A program made the position numbers and the translations under genes. This document shows positions 10,410-20,736 of a DNA stretch of 64,000 nt, piece by piece. The DNA lies in assembly GCA_044372405.1 (NCBI GenBank), contig JBILRW010000002.1, positions 6,862 through 70,861 of the forward strand, read 5' to 3'. The notes beneath the pieces are model-generated. The model saw only the letters and a program-made list of their open reading frames with translations, had not been told where the DNA came from and did not search any database. The first letter of the stretch is position 1, and each line of letters opens with the position of its first letter. Source of the stretch: Alphaproteobacteria bacterium (GTDB lineage Bacteria > Pseudomonadota > Alphaproteobacteria > JAJTHO01 > CANGYM01).

Positions 10410-11179
10410 GACAGTGGGTTTTTTCCGGTCAATCTGAGGAACCGGAGGGCATGAATGACGAGGCCCTTGAAGCCTTTGCCCAAAAAATGGCGGGGGCCAC
10501 CGCCTATGACGTTTACCTGCCACGGGCGGATATGGTGGCGCTGCGCCTGGATATGACATCCCAAGAAATTTTGTCCTGCGTGAAAGAGCGCCCCTGGTGT
10601 GTGTTTCCCGTAACACGGGGGGAGATGGATCACATCTACGCCTATGTCCGTCTGCGTGATGTTTTGGAGGGGCTTTTGGCCACACCGCCCAAAACCCTGG
10701 AATCCCTATTGCAGCAACCCGAATACATTCCCCACACCAAGCCCGTTTTGGATTTGGCGGATCAAATGTTTTCCCAAAAAATTGATATGGCCATTGTTGT
10801 GGATGAATTTGGTGGGGTGGATGGCATGGTGACCAGCCAGATGCTGGTGGATTCCTTTGTTGAGGCGTATTTTTTATCCCATCAGGCCGCTCTCAGGTCC
10901 CCCAAAAAGGATGAGGCTGATGGGGAAAACGATGTTTTTCTTTTTGATGCCAGAACAGAAATCATTGATTTTTTATCTTTTTTTAAGGACAGAGAGGACC
11001 TCGTCAAAGACGATATTGATGTGGATGTGGACACGCTGGCGGGACTGATTTTTCACAAAGTCGCCCGCGTTCCGGCCCGTGGTGAGATGATCACCATCAG
11101 CCCCAATTTGGATTTTGAAATTTTGGATGCCGATGCCAGACGGGTCAAAACCCTTCGGGTGATTTTTAAAAAGTCATGA
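10394..11179 (+). CDS. corC: CorC/HlyC-family CBS-domain transporter-associated protein (YbeX-like)
   Basis: CBS pair plus a C-terminal CorC_HlyC-like domain. Classical position between ybeY and lnt. Confidence 0.8.
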   Translation: MLKSLRQWVFSGQSEEPEGMNDEALEAFAQKMAGATAYDVYLPRADMVALRLDMTSQEILSCVKERPWCVFPVTRGEMDHIYAYVRLRDVLEGLLATPPKTLESLLQQPEYIPHTKPVLDLADQMFSQKIDMAIVVDEFGGVDGMVTSQMLVDSFVEAYFLSHQAALRSPKKDEADGENDVFLFDARTEIIDFLSFFKDREDLVKDDIDVDVDTLAGLIFHKVARVPARGEMITISPNLDFEILDADARRVKTLRVIFKKS

Positions 11180-12657
11180 TCAGCGCGGTAATGGCTTTTC
11201 TGATGAGCGTATTGCTGGGCGTTGTCTGCTCTTTGGGCCAGGCCCCCTATCACTTGTGGCCTTTGTCCATCGGGTCTTTGGTTGCCCTTTTTTGGGCCTA
11301 TCGATCCAGTGATTCCCGGCGTTTTTCGGGGGTGCTCGTCTTTGCCTTCGCCTATGGTTACTTCGGGTGGGGATTGCGGTGGATTGCGGAGGCCTTGACG
11401 TTTTTTCCCACCCTCCCCGCCCCTCTTATCCCGCTGGCGGTTTGGGGGATTCCCTTGGTTTTGGCCCTCCCCCATGGCTTGGCGGCGTACTGGATTCGTC
11501 GTACCATGCCCCGGCACCATGTTTCTTGGGCGTTGGGGGCCGCCTGGGTTGTGCTCGAGGTCATTCGTGGCTACCTGGTGCTCCCCTTCCCCTGGTTGTT
11601 CATGGGGGGCATTTTTGGCGGGAATTTGCCCATCCTGCAAACAACAGCCCTGGTGGGGATCCTGGGCCTGAGTGTGGCCATTTTTGCGAGCGTTCACTTT
11701 TTTATTCACTCTCTGAAATCGGGGATGGCGACCTTGCTCGTCTGGATTATGGTGGGTGGGATTGGCTATGTTTCTTTGGGGGGGCGTCCCACAAGGGACT
11801 TGCCGTCTCAGAAGGCCAAAATGGCCCTGGTGCAGCCATCCTGGACGCAAGAGGATAAAGTCAATGGGTTTTACACCCCCGACTATCAACAGCGATTGCT
11901 GGCTTTGAGTACGCAGGCCGTTCAGGAAAAAAACGCAAAACTCATCATTTGGCCAGAAACGGCCATTTACGCCCACCAAATGGAGGATGTTGCCTTTCAA
12001 GCATCCTTAAAATCCCTTTTGTCCGGCGGGCGTTTGTTGATGGTGGGGGTTTCGGCCAAAGAGCGTATTGAAAATGAAACCTTCGGCGTCAACCAAATGT
12101 GGGTTTTGGATGAACACCTTAACCGTTTGGCCTCCTATACCAAACGTCATCTTGTGCCATTTGGGGAGTACGTTCCCCTTCTTTCCACGCTGCCGCTTGT
12201 GTTTTTAAATCAAAACGATATGCCCCGTTTTCATGCGGGGCCTGATCCTGTTGATGCGCTTTCTTTGCCTGGGTTTCCCTCAGTATCCCCCCAAATTTGT
12301 TATGAATCGTTATTTTCGGGGGTGATTGTCAGTTCTGGCGCGGGATGGATGGTTAATGTTACCAACGATGCCTGGTTTGGGGATTCCTGGGGGCCAGCCC
12401 AGCATTTTTACCAGGCCAGGGTCAGAGCTATTGAGGAAGGTCTTCCCCTGATTCGCGTCGCCAACACCGGAAAAACGGCGGTGGTGGATGCGCGCGGAAG
12501 AGTTTTGCAAGAGCTGCCCATGAATACCCCTGGGGTTTTGGTGACCTCTCTGCCGCCACAAACCCGCAAGACGCCTTTTTCCGTGTTGGGCCTTTGGGCC
12601 AGTGGGATTTTCGGTATTCTCATGTTTACCATATGTTATCGCGTGTCGCGGCGATGA
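11176..12657 (+). CDS. lnt: Apolipoprotein N-acyltransferase
   Basis: N-terminal multi-TM region plus a nitrilase-type domain (IIWPETA, ICYESLF). ATGA overlap with corC. Confidence 0.9.
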   Translation: MISAVMAFLMSVLLGVVCSLGQAPYHLWPLSIGSLVALFWAYRSSDSRRFSGVLVFAFAYGYFGWGLRWIAEALTFFPTLPAPLIPLAVWGIPLVLALPHGLAAYWIRRTMPRHHVSWALGAAWVVLEVIRGYLVLPFPWLFMGGIFGGNLPILQTTALVGILGLSVAIFASVHFFIHSLKSGMATLLVWIMVGGIGYVSLGGRPTRDLPSQKAKMALVQPSWTQEDKVNGFYTPDYQQRLLALSTQAVQEKNAKLIIWPETAIYAHQMEDVAFQASLKSLLSGGRLLMVGVSAKERIENETFGVNQMWVLDEHLNRLASYTKRHLVPFGEYVPLLSTLPLVFLNQNDMPRFHAGPDPVDALSLPGFPSVSPQICYESLFSGVIVSSGAGWMVNVTNDAWFGDSWGPAQHFYQARVRAIEEGLPLIRVANTGKTAVVDARGRVLQELPMNTPGVLVTSLPPQTRKTPFSVLGLWASGIFGILMFTICYRVSRR

Positions 12658-13985
12658 AGGATACAGACACCCTCTACGCGCCCATCACAGGCCGAGGGGG
12701 CGCGGTATGTGTCTATCGGCTTTCGGGGCCTGATGTTCTTTCGAAGATTCAGGCGCTAACGGGGAGGGTTTCTTTCAAACCTCGTTACAGCTACAAGGTT
12801 TCCCTTATTTCTCAAGAGGGAGACATCATCGATCCGTCCGCGCTCGTCACTTTTTTTCCGGGCCCCAAAAGCTATACGGGGGAAGATGTGGCCGAGGTTC
12901 ACCTTCATGCCAGTAAAGTTGTGAGCGATCACTTTTGTTCTTTTCTGCACAAAAAAGGCCTTCGTTTGGCCGAGCCCGGGGAGTTTTCCCGGCGGGCGGT
13001 TTTGAATGGAAAGATGACTTTGGATGAGGCCCTGGGCGTCCGTTACCTGATTGAATCCCAAACCCAACAGCAATATCGGGCGGCCCTGGCCCAGATGACG
13101 GGACAAGACAGATCTTTGGTTCATCAGGATTTTGAAAATGTTCGTGAACACTTGCTTTTATTGTTGCGGGACGCCGAGGCATCCTTGGAATTTCCCGACG
13201 AAGAGGATATTTCCCGTGAAATTGAGCGATCACTCACAAAAAAAATGCAAGATTTGCTTCCTGTCTTAAAAAACCACCAGAAGCTTTATGAAAAAAAAGA
13301 AATGCTGCGGGCGGGCATTCCCGTGGTTTTGATGGGGCCCCCCAATGTGGGGAAGTCTTCGTTGCTTAATGCCTTGGCCAGGGAAGAATACGCCTTGGTT
13401 TCCGACATTCCAGGCACGACAAGGGACGTGGTTCAGGTGCTGGTGAACTGGGGCGGCTACGCGGTGCGCTTGATCGATACGGCGGGGTTACGGGAAACGG
13501 AGGACCCGTTAGAAAGAATGGGCATGGCCCGTACGCTTAAGCAGGAAGAATCCGCCAGAATCACCCTTTTGATGTTGGATGAAAAAACATTGGATCAGGA
13601 AGCCGTGTTGCGCCAACAATGCCAATCTCCCAACATCATTGTTGTTTTCACAAAGGCTGACGTATTTTTCTATCCCCAGAAACCTGGTGTTGTGAGCGTT
13701 TCCTCACAAACCAGAGTGGGCTTGGATCATCTGGAATTCACCGTTCAATCGATTTTAGAGGTAGAGTTTTCAGGTGCTATTGAAAAAGCGGATATGGGGG
13801 AAACGATTAAGGTTCTTTTGGATCGGGCGTTGATTGGGTTAACCTCAGCCATCCAAGAAAAAAGATTGGAAATCAGGGTTCAAATCCTTTATGATCTCGC
13901 AGAAGTCCTGGCATCTATGATCCCCGATATTGATCGGGAAGAGGTCATGGATCGTATTTTTTCAGGGTTTTGTATCGGCAAATAA
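12654..13985 (+). CDS. mnmE: tRNA modification GTPase MnmE
   Basis: [13 protein letters not shown]1 motif, DTAG, and the C-terminal FCIGK. ATGA overlap with lnt. Confidence 0.92.
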   Translation: MKDTDTLYAPITGRGGAVCVYRLSGPDVLSKIQALTGRVSFKPRYSYKVSLISQEGDIIDPSALVTFFPGPKSYTGEDVAEVHLHASKVVSDHFCSFLHKKGLRLAEPGEFSRRAVLNGKMTLDEALGVRYLIESQTQQQYRAALAQMTGQDRSLVHQDFENVREHLLLLLRDAEASLEFPDEEDISREIERSLTKKMQDLLPVLKNHQKLYEKKEMLRAGIPVVLMGPPNVGKSSLLNALAREEYALVSDIPGTTRDVVQVLVNWGGYAVRLIDTAGLRETEDPLERMGMARTLKQEESARITLLMLDEKTLDQEAVLRQQCQSPNIIVVFTKADVFFYPQKPGVVSVSSQTRVGLDHLEFTVQSILEVEFSGAIEKADMGETIKVLLDRALIGLTSAIQEKRLEIRVQILYDLAEVLASMIPDIDREEVMDRIFSGFCIGK

Positions 13986-14023
13986 CCCATAAAATATCCT
14001 TAAATTTTTCACGTGAAAGAACA

Positions 14024-15910
14024 ATGACTTCCTCTTTTTTTGACGTTATGGTGATTGGTGGGGGGCATGCGGGGGTTGAGGCCGCCGCGGCTGCGGCCCG
14101 CATGGGGGCGAAGACGGCCCTGGTGACCCATCGGCGTGATACCCTGGGGGAAATGTCCTGTAACCCCGCCATTGGGGGCATTGGCAAGGGCCATTTGGTG
14201 CGCGAAATTGATGCCCTGGATGGGATTATGGGTCGGGCGGCTGATGAAAGTGGTATTCAGTTTCGTCTTCTCAATCGCAGCAAGGGACCCGCCGTTCGTG
14301 GCCCCCGAACACAATCGGATCGCGCCCTCTTTCGGGAATCTGTCCAAAAACATGTGGCTGAAACCTCAGGATTAACCGTGATTGAGGGGGAAGCCACAGC
14401 ATTAACCCTGAAAAATCAAAAAATTGTTGGGTTGACCGTCAGTGGGCGTGATTATGCCTGTGGCAGTGTGGTGGTGGCCACGGGGACGTTTTTGAGGGGG
14501 ATGATTCATCGGGGAAAGGTCTCTTTTCCTGCTGGACGTATGGGGGCGGCCAGCAGTATTCCCTTGGCGGATTGGTTTTATGCCCAGGGATTTCCTGTGG
14601 GACGCCTGAAAACGGGTACGCCGGCGCGGCTTTGTGCCCACAGTGTGGATTACAGCCAGGTGGAACGACAACAGGCGGACGTTCGCCCGTATCCTTTTTC
14701 GTTTTTAACGGAAACGATTACGGTTCCCCAAACGGATTGTTTTGTGACCTATACAACCCCAGAAACCCATGATATTTTACGGCATCATTTGCAGGAATCG
14801 TCCCTTTATGGGGGTCATATCAGTGGGAAAGGCCCCCGATATTGCCCGTCCATTGAGGATAAAATTGTTCGTTTTGCTGACAAAACCCGGCATCAGATTT
14901 TTTTAGAGCCAGAAGGACTGAACGATCCCACCCTTTACCCCAACGGTTTATCCAATTCGTTGCCGGATACGGTCCAGGATGCCTTTTTGCGGACCATTCC
15001 GGGACTCCAAAATATTAGGGTTAAACAATACGCATATGCCATTGAATACGATTATATTGATCCCCGCGCGCTTCATCCCACATTAGAAACAAAAAACATT
15101 CAGGGTCTTTTTCTGGCCGGGCAAATCAATGGCACTACGGGGTATGAGGAGGCGGCCGCCCAGGGCTTGATGGCGGGGCTTAACGCGGCGCATCGGGCCG
15201 CCGGTCGTGAGGGGGTTGTGATGGATAGGTCCATGGCCTATATTGGTGTTATGATTGATGATTTGGTCAGCAAGGGCGTTCAGGAACCCTATCGCATGTT
15301 TACATCGCGGGCGGAGTACCGTTTGAGTTTGCGGGCAGACAATGCGGATCAACGCTTAACTGCTTGGGGGCATGATCAAGGTATCGTCGGTGAAAAACGC
15401 CATGGTTTTTTTGTGAGTAAGGGTTCACTCATGCATTACTTAAGAAAAACAATGGCGGATATCCGACTGACGGCCGATCAATGCGGCCAGGTCACGGGGG
15501 ATGAAAAAAGAAGTGAATGCTCACTGTTTTCGGTTTTACCCCTGTCTTCCTATGATGACGTCCTGGGTGTGTTGCGGCAGACGGGGTATGCCGGACCCCT
15601 TTCTGAGGATTTGTTTGATACGCTACAAAGTGAAGTTCTTTACGCGGGATATCTCAAGCGGCACGAACAGGAACGACGGATGGTGGCGGATCATCGGGAA
15701 AAACGGATTCCCGAGGCCTTTTCGTACGATGCCTTGACCTCTCTTTCTGCTGAAGAGCGTTTGCGTTTGTCCCGCGCCCGTCCCAAAACCCTGGAAGAAG
15801 CCAGAAATTTAGAGGGGATTACCCCCGTTGCCCTGGCGGCTATTTTGCAAAAACTGAAGAAAGGGGAGGGGGCCCCCGCCACAAAAGTTTTAGAGGCACC
15901 TGTGATTTAA
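14024..15910 (+). CDS. mnmG: tRNA uridine 5-carboxymethylaminomethyl modification enzyme MnmG (GidA)
   Basis: [19 protein letters not shown]-binding motif. Length and sequence are typical of GidA. Confidence 0.95.
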   Translation: MTSSFFDVMVIGGGHAGVEAAAAAARMGAKTALVTHRRDTLGEMSCNPAIGGIGKGHLVREIDALDGIMGRAADESGIQFRLLNRSKGPAVRGPRTQSDRALFRESVQKHVAETSGLTVIEGEATALTLKNQKIVGLTVSGRDYACGSVVVATGTFLRGMIHRGKVSFPAGRMGAASSIPLADWFYAQGFPVGRLKTGTPARLCAHSVDYSQVERQQADVRPYPFSFLTETITVPQTDCFVTYTTPETHDILRHHLQESSLYGGHISGKGPRYCPSIEDKIVRFADKTRHQIFLEPEGLNDPTLYPNGLSNSLPDTVQDAFLRTIPGLQNIRVKQYAYAIEYDYIDPRALHPTLETKNIQGLFLAGQINGTTGYEEAAAQGLMAGLNAAHRAAGREGVVMDRSMAYIGVMIDDLVSKGVQEPYRMFTSRAEYRLSLRADNADQRLTAWGHDQGIVGEKRHGFFVSKGSLMHYLRKTMADIRLTADQCGQVTGDEKRSECSLFSVLPLSSYDDVLGVLRQTGYAGPLSEDLFDTLQSEVLYAGYLKRHEQERRMVADHREKRIPEAFSYDALTSLSAEERLRLSRARPKTLEEARNLEGITPVALAAILQKLKKGEGAPATKVLEAPVI

Positions 15911-16008
15911 GGGTGTTTCGGAAAAAAAACACCGATAACATTGACGCCAGAGGGACTTTTTGCCACAGTCATTCCTTCTTTTTCCAATGTCTTTGTTGAT
16001 TGTACCCC

Positions 16009-18372
16009 ATGAAAATTCCCGCGTCTTGGTTGTTTGATTTTTTAGAAACGACGGCTTCCGTTCAGGATTTGGCCAAAGGTTTGACGGCTTTGGGGCTGGA
16101 GGTGGAATCTCTGGACGATCCTGCTGGGGCGTTGGCCCCCTTTCATGTGGCGCATATTGTGTCTGCCGAGCCCCACCCCAGCGCGGATAAGTTACAGGTT
16201 TGCCGCGTTGAAACCCATGAGCACAAAAATTTACAAATTGTGTGCGGGGCCCCCAATGCCCGGGCGGGGCTGAAAGTGGTTCTGGGGTTGCCAGGAACGT
16301 TTGTGCCGGGCCTTAACATCACCCTGAAAACATCATCCATCCGGGGTGTGGAAAGCCAGGGGATGTTGTGTTCAGGGGCAGAGCTTTGTCTGGGGACGGA
16401 CGGGAAGGGGATTATTGAGCTTCCCCCCGAAACGCCGCTGACCGCTTCTGTGGCGGAGGCTTTGGGCCTGAACGATCCCGTTTTTGATATTGCCATTACC
16501 CCCAATCGGGGGGATTGTTTCGGGATTTATGGGGTGGCCCGGGATTTGGCGGCGGCGGGGTATGGGATGTTGCAATCCTTGACGGTGAATCCCCCAACGG
16601 TGCAGACGGAAAAGCCCCTACCGTCTGTGCATCTGCTGGCCCCGGAGGCATGTCCCTTGTTTTCATTGGCCTTAATTGAAAAAGTGAGCGATCACTCAAC
16701 ATCCCCTTTGTGGCAAAAACGCATGAAGGCGGCGGGTTTGAAGGTCATTTCCGGTATTGTGGATGTGACGAATATCATCAGTCATGGGCATAACCGTCCG
16801 CTTCATGCCTTTGATGCGGATACGATTGTGGGTGACATGACGCTGCGCCTTTCTGAAGAAGGTGAGGTTTTTGAGGGGTTGGACGATCAAACGTATACCC
16901 TGCCCGCAGGAGCTTTGGTCATTACGGATGAGCAGGGGATTATCAGCTTGGCCGGGATTTTGGGGGGCAAACGGACGGCTTGTACCCCCACGACACAACG
17001 GGTTTTGGTGGAATCGGCCTGGTTTCAACCCGCGGTCATTGCGCGGGCCGGACAGGCCCTGTCGTTAACGTCCGATGCCCGTATGCGGTTTGAGCGTGGC
17101 GTTGACCCCAACGCAACCCTTCCCGGTTTATATCAGGCTGTGGAGGAAATTCAAAAACGATCAGGCGGCATGCTTGTGGGCATTCAGGTAACCTCAGCGC
17201 CAGAGTATCTTCCCCAGCCCCCCGTCATTGATTTTGACCCCACCCTGGTTTCCCGTTTGGCGGGGATTCCCTGTGAAGAAAGCCGTGTTCAGGAAACCCT
17301 CGCTCATCTGGGATGCCGGTGGGAAGGGGGCCGCGTAATCCCGCCGTCCTGGCGTTTTGACCTATCGTTGCCAGAGGATTTGGTTGAGGAAGTTCTGCGG
17401 GTGGTGGGCCTGGAATCGCTGCCGGCGCTTCCCTTGCCGCCTGTGCTGCCCACGTCTGTGACCACGCCCCAGGCCAAAGCCGCCGCGTATCTTTGTCATC
17501 AGGGTTATCATGAAACGCTGTCGTTTTCGTTTACGTCACGGGCTTGGCTCGGGGCGTTGGGGGAGACAGCTGAGGTCGTAGGCCTGAAAAATCCCATCAG
17601 CGATGCCCTGGATGTGCTGCGTCCCTCGTTGATTCCCAGTTTGCTGAAAACCGCTGATTATAACGCCCGTCATAACACGGGATTGACGCATCTTTTTGAA
17701 ATGGGACCCATTTACCCGGGTCGGCGCCAGGAAAACAGCGTGGCGTTCCTCACCTGGGCCCCGCCAGAAAAGACCTGGCGGGGTCAGAACGCGGGGGCGA
17801 ATCCCTTTGATTTAAAGGGCATGGTTGTGGATTTACTGGCCGGATGGGGCTATGACGCGGAATCCCTCACCTGGCTGTCCACGGGGTTGCCAGCGGTGTA
17901 TCATCCCCGGCAATCGGGTGGCTGGGGCTTGGGGCCAAAACAGCCTGTTGCGTATTTTGGCGCGCTGCATCCTTCGGTGTTTGAGCATTTAGAGGGCATC
18001 CGTCATCTGGCCATGGCGGAGATTTTTATCGATCGTTTGCCCGCAAAAAAACAGAAAAAAATACCCTATCAACCCCAACAATACCCCCCTGTTTATCGGG
18101 ATTTGGCGTTTTTTATTCCCCAAGAGGTTTCTTATGGTGACCTAAAAAAGGGGTTATTAAAAGCAGGAAAACCCCTGGTTCAAGACGTAGAAATTTTTGA
18201 TCTTTACCAGGGAACGCACGTGCCCCAGGGGCAAAAATCCGTGGCCCTTCGATTAAGGTTACAGGATCCGGCCCGTACCCTCTCAGAAAAAGAGATTGAC
18301 CAAACGGTGACAACCATCACGCAAACATTGAATCAATCCACGGGGGCGGTTCTGAGAGATGGGAAAGTATAG
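16009..18372 (+). CDS. pheT: Phenylalanine--tRNA ligase beta subunit
   Basis: MKIPASWL start, tRNA-binding domain (HPSADKLQVC), B3/4, B5 and FDX-ACB-like C-terminus. No pheS upstream. Confidence 0.93.
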   Translation: MKIPASWLFDFLETTASVQDLAKGLTALGLEVESLDDPAGALAPFHVAHIVSAEPHPSADKLQVCRVETHEHKNLQIVCGAPNARAGLKVVLGLPGTFVPGLNITLKTSSIRGVESQGMLCSGAELCLGTDGKGIIELPPETPLTASVAEALGLNDPVFDIAITPNRGDCFGIYGVARDLAAAGYGMLQSLTVNPPTVQTEKPLPSVHLLAPEACPLFSLALIEKVSDHSTSPLWQKRMKAAGLKVISGIVDVTNIISHGHNRPLHAFDADTIVGDMTLRLSEEGEVFEGLDDQTYTLPAGALVITDEQGIISLAGILGGKRTACTPTTQRVLVESAWFQPAVIARAGQALSLTSDARMRFERGVDPNATLPGLYQAVEEIQKRSGGMLVGIQVTSAPEYLPQPPVIDFDPTLVSRLAGIPCEESRVQETLAHLGCRWEGGRVIPPSWRFDLSLPEDLVEEVLRVVGLESLPALPLPPVLPTSVTTPQAKAAAYLCHQGYHETLSFSFTSRAWLGALGETAEVVGLKNPISDALDVLRPSLIPSLLKTADYNARHNTGLTHLFEMGPIYPGRRQENSVAFLTWAPPEKTWRGQNAGANPFDLKGMVVDLLAGWGYDAESLTWLSTGLPAVYHPRQSGGWGLGPKQPVAYFGALHPSVFEHLEGIRHLAMAEIFIDRLPAKKQKKIPYQPQQYPPVYRDLAFFIPQEVSYGDLKKGLLKAGKPLVQDVEIFDLYQGTHVPQGQKSVALRLRLQDPARTLSEKEIDQTVTTITQTLNQSTGAVLRDGKV

Positions 18373-18390
18373 TATTTCCCCTTTATCTCC

Positions 18391-18473
18391 GTACTGGCCT
18401 GCGAACGGCGTCTGGCCTCGCTCGCCTAGATTCACTAGGCATCGCTCCGCCAGACTTGTTCTCGGCTCAGTAC
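18391..18473. repeat. Long imperfect hairpin (~83 nt) between convergent genes
   Basis: Paired segments are GTACTG...CAGTAC, GTCTGGC...GCCAGAC and GCCTAG-attca-CTAGGC. It lies between the pheT and SOUL-family gene 3' ends. Confidence 0.6.
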
Positions 18474-18506
18474 GAAAATAAATGAGAAACACTATATAAG
18501 GCGCAG

Positions 18507-19151
18507 TTACGGCGCAGGCTTTTGGATTTCAATCATAATTTCATTGCGCCGCAGGGGCGGTAACGTCCACGGGGGATTGAAAAAAGCGTAGGTCGGCCCG
18601 GAAAGGGTTTCGTTTTTTTGCGCTTGAACGAAACCTTGCAGTTTTTCCTGCTTTTCTTTTAAGGTTGTTTCCGTGGGACGGCCCGAAAAGCGGATAACAA
18701 CGAACCGTTTTTCGGGGATTTCCTTAAGGTGGACCTTATCATTGTTGGGTTGGGGCAAGGATGCCAGGTCATAAGTTGACGGCATCATAAACCGGACCTG
18801 CCATTGTCCGTTGACGCTTTCTTGGGTTACCGGCGCCGTCACGGGAATGTCTTCGCTGTGTTGTTGGGTCACGGGGGCTGTCATGGCCACTTTGGATTGG
18901 GATTTGTTGTTGCCAAAAATGTAATCCGCCAGCAAACGAAAGCCTGCTTTAATGGCCTCCTCCCGCTGGCCCGTGGTTTCAACCTCGGCCACAATCGTGG
19001 GGGGATAGTCCCGAATTTCGATATCGTCATGGGTGGAAATAACGGTGTACTTCGCTTGTTCCACTTGACTGCTCACATAACCCCAGGCCACAAAAGCCAC
19101 AATGATCACGGCGAATAAGGATGAGAAGATCATCAGTTTTTTTCTTTTCAT
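18507..19151 (-). CDS. SOUL heme-binding family protein
   Basis: N-terminal anchor, then YTVISTHDDIEIRDYPP..GFRLLADYIFGNN...MTAPV, typical of the SOUL/HEBP family. Confidence 0.75.
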   Translation of the reverse strand: MKRKKLMIFSSLFAVIIVAFVAWGYVSSQVEQAKYTVISTHDDIEIRDYPPTIVAEVETTGQREEAIKAGFRLLADYIFGNNKSQSKVAMTAPVTQQHSEDIPVTAPVTQESVNGQWQVRFMMPSTYDLASLPQPNNDKVHLKEIPEKRFVVIRFSGRPTETTLKEKQEKLQGFVQAQKNETLSGPTYAFFNPPWTLPPLRRNEIMIEIQKPAP

Positions 19152-19167
19152 TATTGTTTTTCCTGCT

Positions 19168-19971
19168 CTAAAAAGGCTTGGGACGGATTAAGGATCTTGT
19201 TATCAATAAAAAACCAAAAAAGATTAGCGGCACACACAACAGTTGCCCCATGGACAGCGTCCCCAGCACAAAGCCCAGCTGGGGGTCCGGTTCACGGAAA
19301 TATTCGATGCCAAAACGGCCCATGCCATAAACGGCCAAAAACGTACCGCTCAGAAGGCCGTGACGTTCAACAATCCTGGGAAATAAGGCCATGATTCCCA
19401 AGAGAATAAAGAGGAAAATCCCCTCCAACGCGGCCTCATAAAGTTGCGACGGGTGACGGGGCAAATAATCCCCCGTGGGGAAACGAACCGCCCAAGAAAC
19501 ATCGGTGATGCGGCCGTAAAGCTCTCCGTTAACGAAATTGGCCAGGCGTCCCAGAAAAATCCCGATGGGGGCCACCACGGCCAGATGGTCGGTGAAGTGC
19601 AGATAGGGCAGGGCGCGACGCCGGGAAAACCACCAGCCCCCCACAATCATACCAATCAGGCCACCGTGGAAGGACATGCCGCCCTGCCAGACCTTGAAAA
19701 TGCTCCAAAAATGGTCCGAAAAATAGGGCCATTGATAAAACAGAACATATCCCAGCCGCCCCCCGATCAAAATGGACAGGGTTCCCACCAGCAAAAAGTC
19801 CTCCAGCACAGGGCGCGCCATTCGACAAGCCGGACGACGCGACAAAAGCATCAAATAACGCCAGCCCCCCAGAACGCCCGCCAGATAAGCCAAAGCGTAC
19901 CAACGTATAGGAAGCCCCAAAAGGGGAATCGTGACAGCAACGGGAGAAATTTCAGGAAAGGCAAAGGACAT
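19168..19971 (-). CDS. lgt: Prolipoprotein diacylglyceryl transferase
   Basis: IRWYALAYLAG, GGRLGYVLFY, HPSQLYEAALEG motifs. Confidence 0.92.
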   Translation of the reverse strand: MSFAFPEISPVAVTIPLLGLPIRWYALAYLAGVLGGWRYLMLLSRRPACRMARPVLEDFLLVGTLSILIGGRLGYVLFYQWPYFSDHFWSIFKVWQGGMSFHGGLIGMIVGGWWFSRRRALPYLHFTDHLAVVAPIGIFLGRLANFVNGELYGRITDVSWAVRFPTGDYLPRHPSQLYEAALEGIFLFILLGIMALFPRIVERHGLLSGTFLAVYGMGRFGIEYFREPDPQLGFVLGTLSMGQLLCVPLIFFGFLLITRSLIRPKPF

Positions 19972-20027
19972 AAGCGTAGAACGGCTGAAGAAAAAGGGGA
20001 GGGGGCACCCTCCCCGATGAGAAGGGC

Positions 20028-20651
20028 TTAGGCGGCGACTTTATACGTCACGTTTTCTTCTTTCAAGGCCTGTTGGTAGGCAGGGCGCGCCGTAACCCGC
20101 TGGAACAACCCTTTGGTTTTGGGGCCAAAGGTAATGGGCTTTTGGATGTTGGGGGACCAGTTGGCGATGACAGTTAGCAAAATATCAGCCAGGGTACAGG
20201 ATTTTCCGCATACATAATCTTGGGTTTGCAGCGTGTTTTCCACGTCATTCCACAATCCCTGGATGGCGGCGACCACATGATCGTACAGGGGATTGTTTTT
20301 GGCCTCATCCCCCAAATGACGGTGCATGAAAAAAGCCCGAGCATAAGCAGGATGCATCGTGGCATTGGCAAACGCCAGCCATTCCAAAGCCCGCGCCCGT
20401 TCACGTCCAGACGCCGGCAAAAGGGGGCTGTTGTGTTTTTCCGCCACGGTGATTAAAACCGCCGCGCCTTCGCGCAAAACAAAGTTATCCTCAACCAGGG
20501 TGGGAACGCTGCCTCTGGGGTTCAGCGCTAAATATTCCGCAGGTCGGGCGGGCCCGGCTACATTTTTCAGGGTCACAGGGGCCCCGACTTCATTCAGTAA
20601 AACGTGAACCGCCATGGAGCAAGATCCTGGCATAGAATAAAGAGTATACAT
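20028..20651 (-). CDS. Glutathione S-transferase family protein
   Basis: The N-terminal thioredoxin-like GST fold (LNPRGSVPTL, EGAAVL) and the helical C-terminal domain are recognisable. Confidence 0.8.
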   Translation of the reverse strand: MYTLYSMPGSCSMAVHVLLNEVGAPVTLKNVAGPARPAEYLALNPRGSVPTLVEDNFVLREGAAVLITVAEKHNSPLLPASGRERARALEWLAFANATMHPAYARAFFMHRHLGDEAKNNPLYDHVVAAIQGLWNDVENTLQTQDYVCGKSCTLADILLTVIANWSPNIQKPITFGPKTKGLFQRVTARPAYQQALKEENVTYKVAA

Positions 20652-20736
20652 AGCGGGAATTCCTTATAAAATAAGAGGATAAGACATGGAGGCTGGTGAA
20701 GCACTTTAGAAGCATTGCGCTGGAACGGTGGGGTTG

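Noticed and set aside
11053-12000. 315-aa minus-strand ORF antisense to lnt.
   Set aside because: It lies fully inside the well-supported lnt gene. Its composition is P/G/R/Q-rich low-complexity sequence and it has no recognisable motif. This is a typical antisense shadow ORF.
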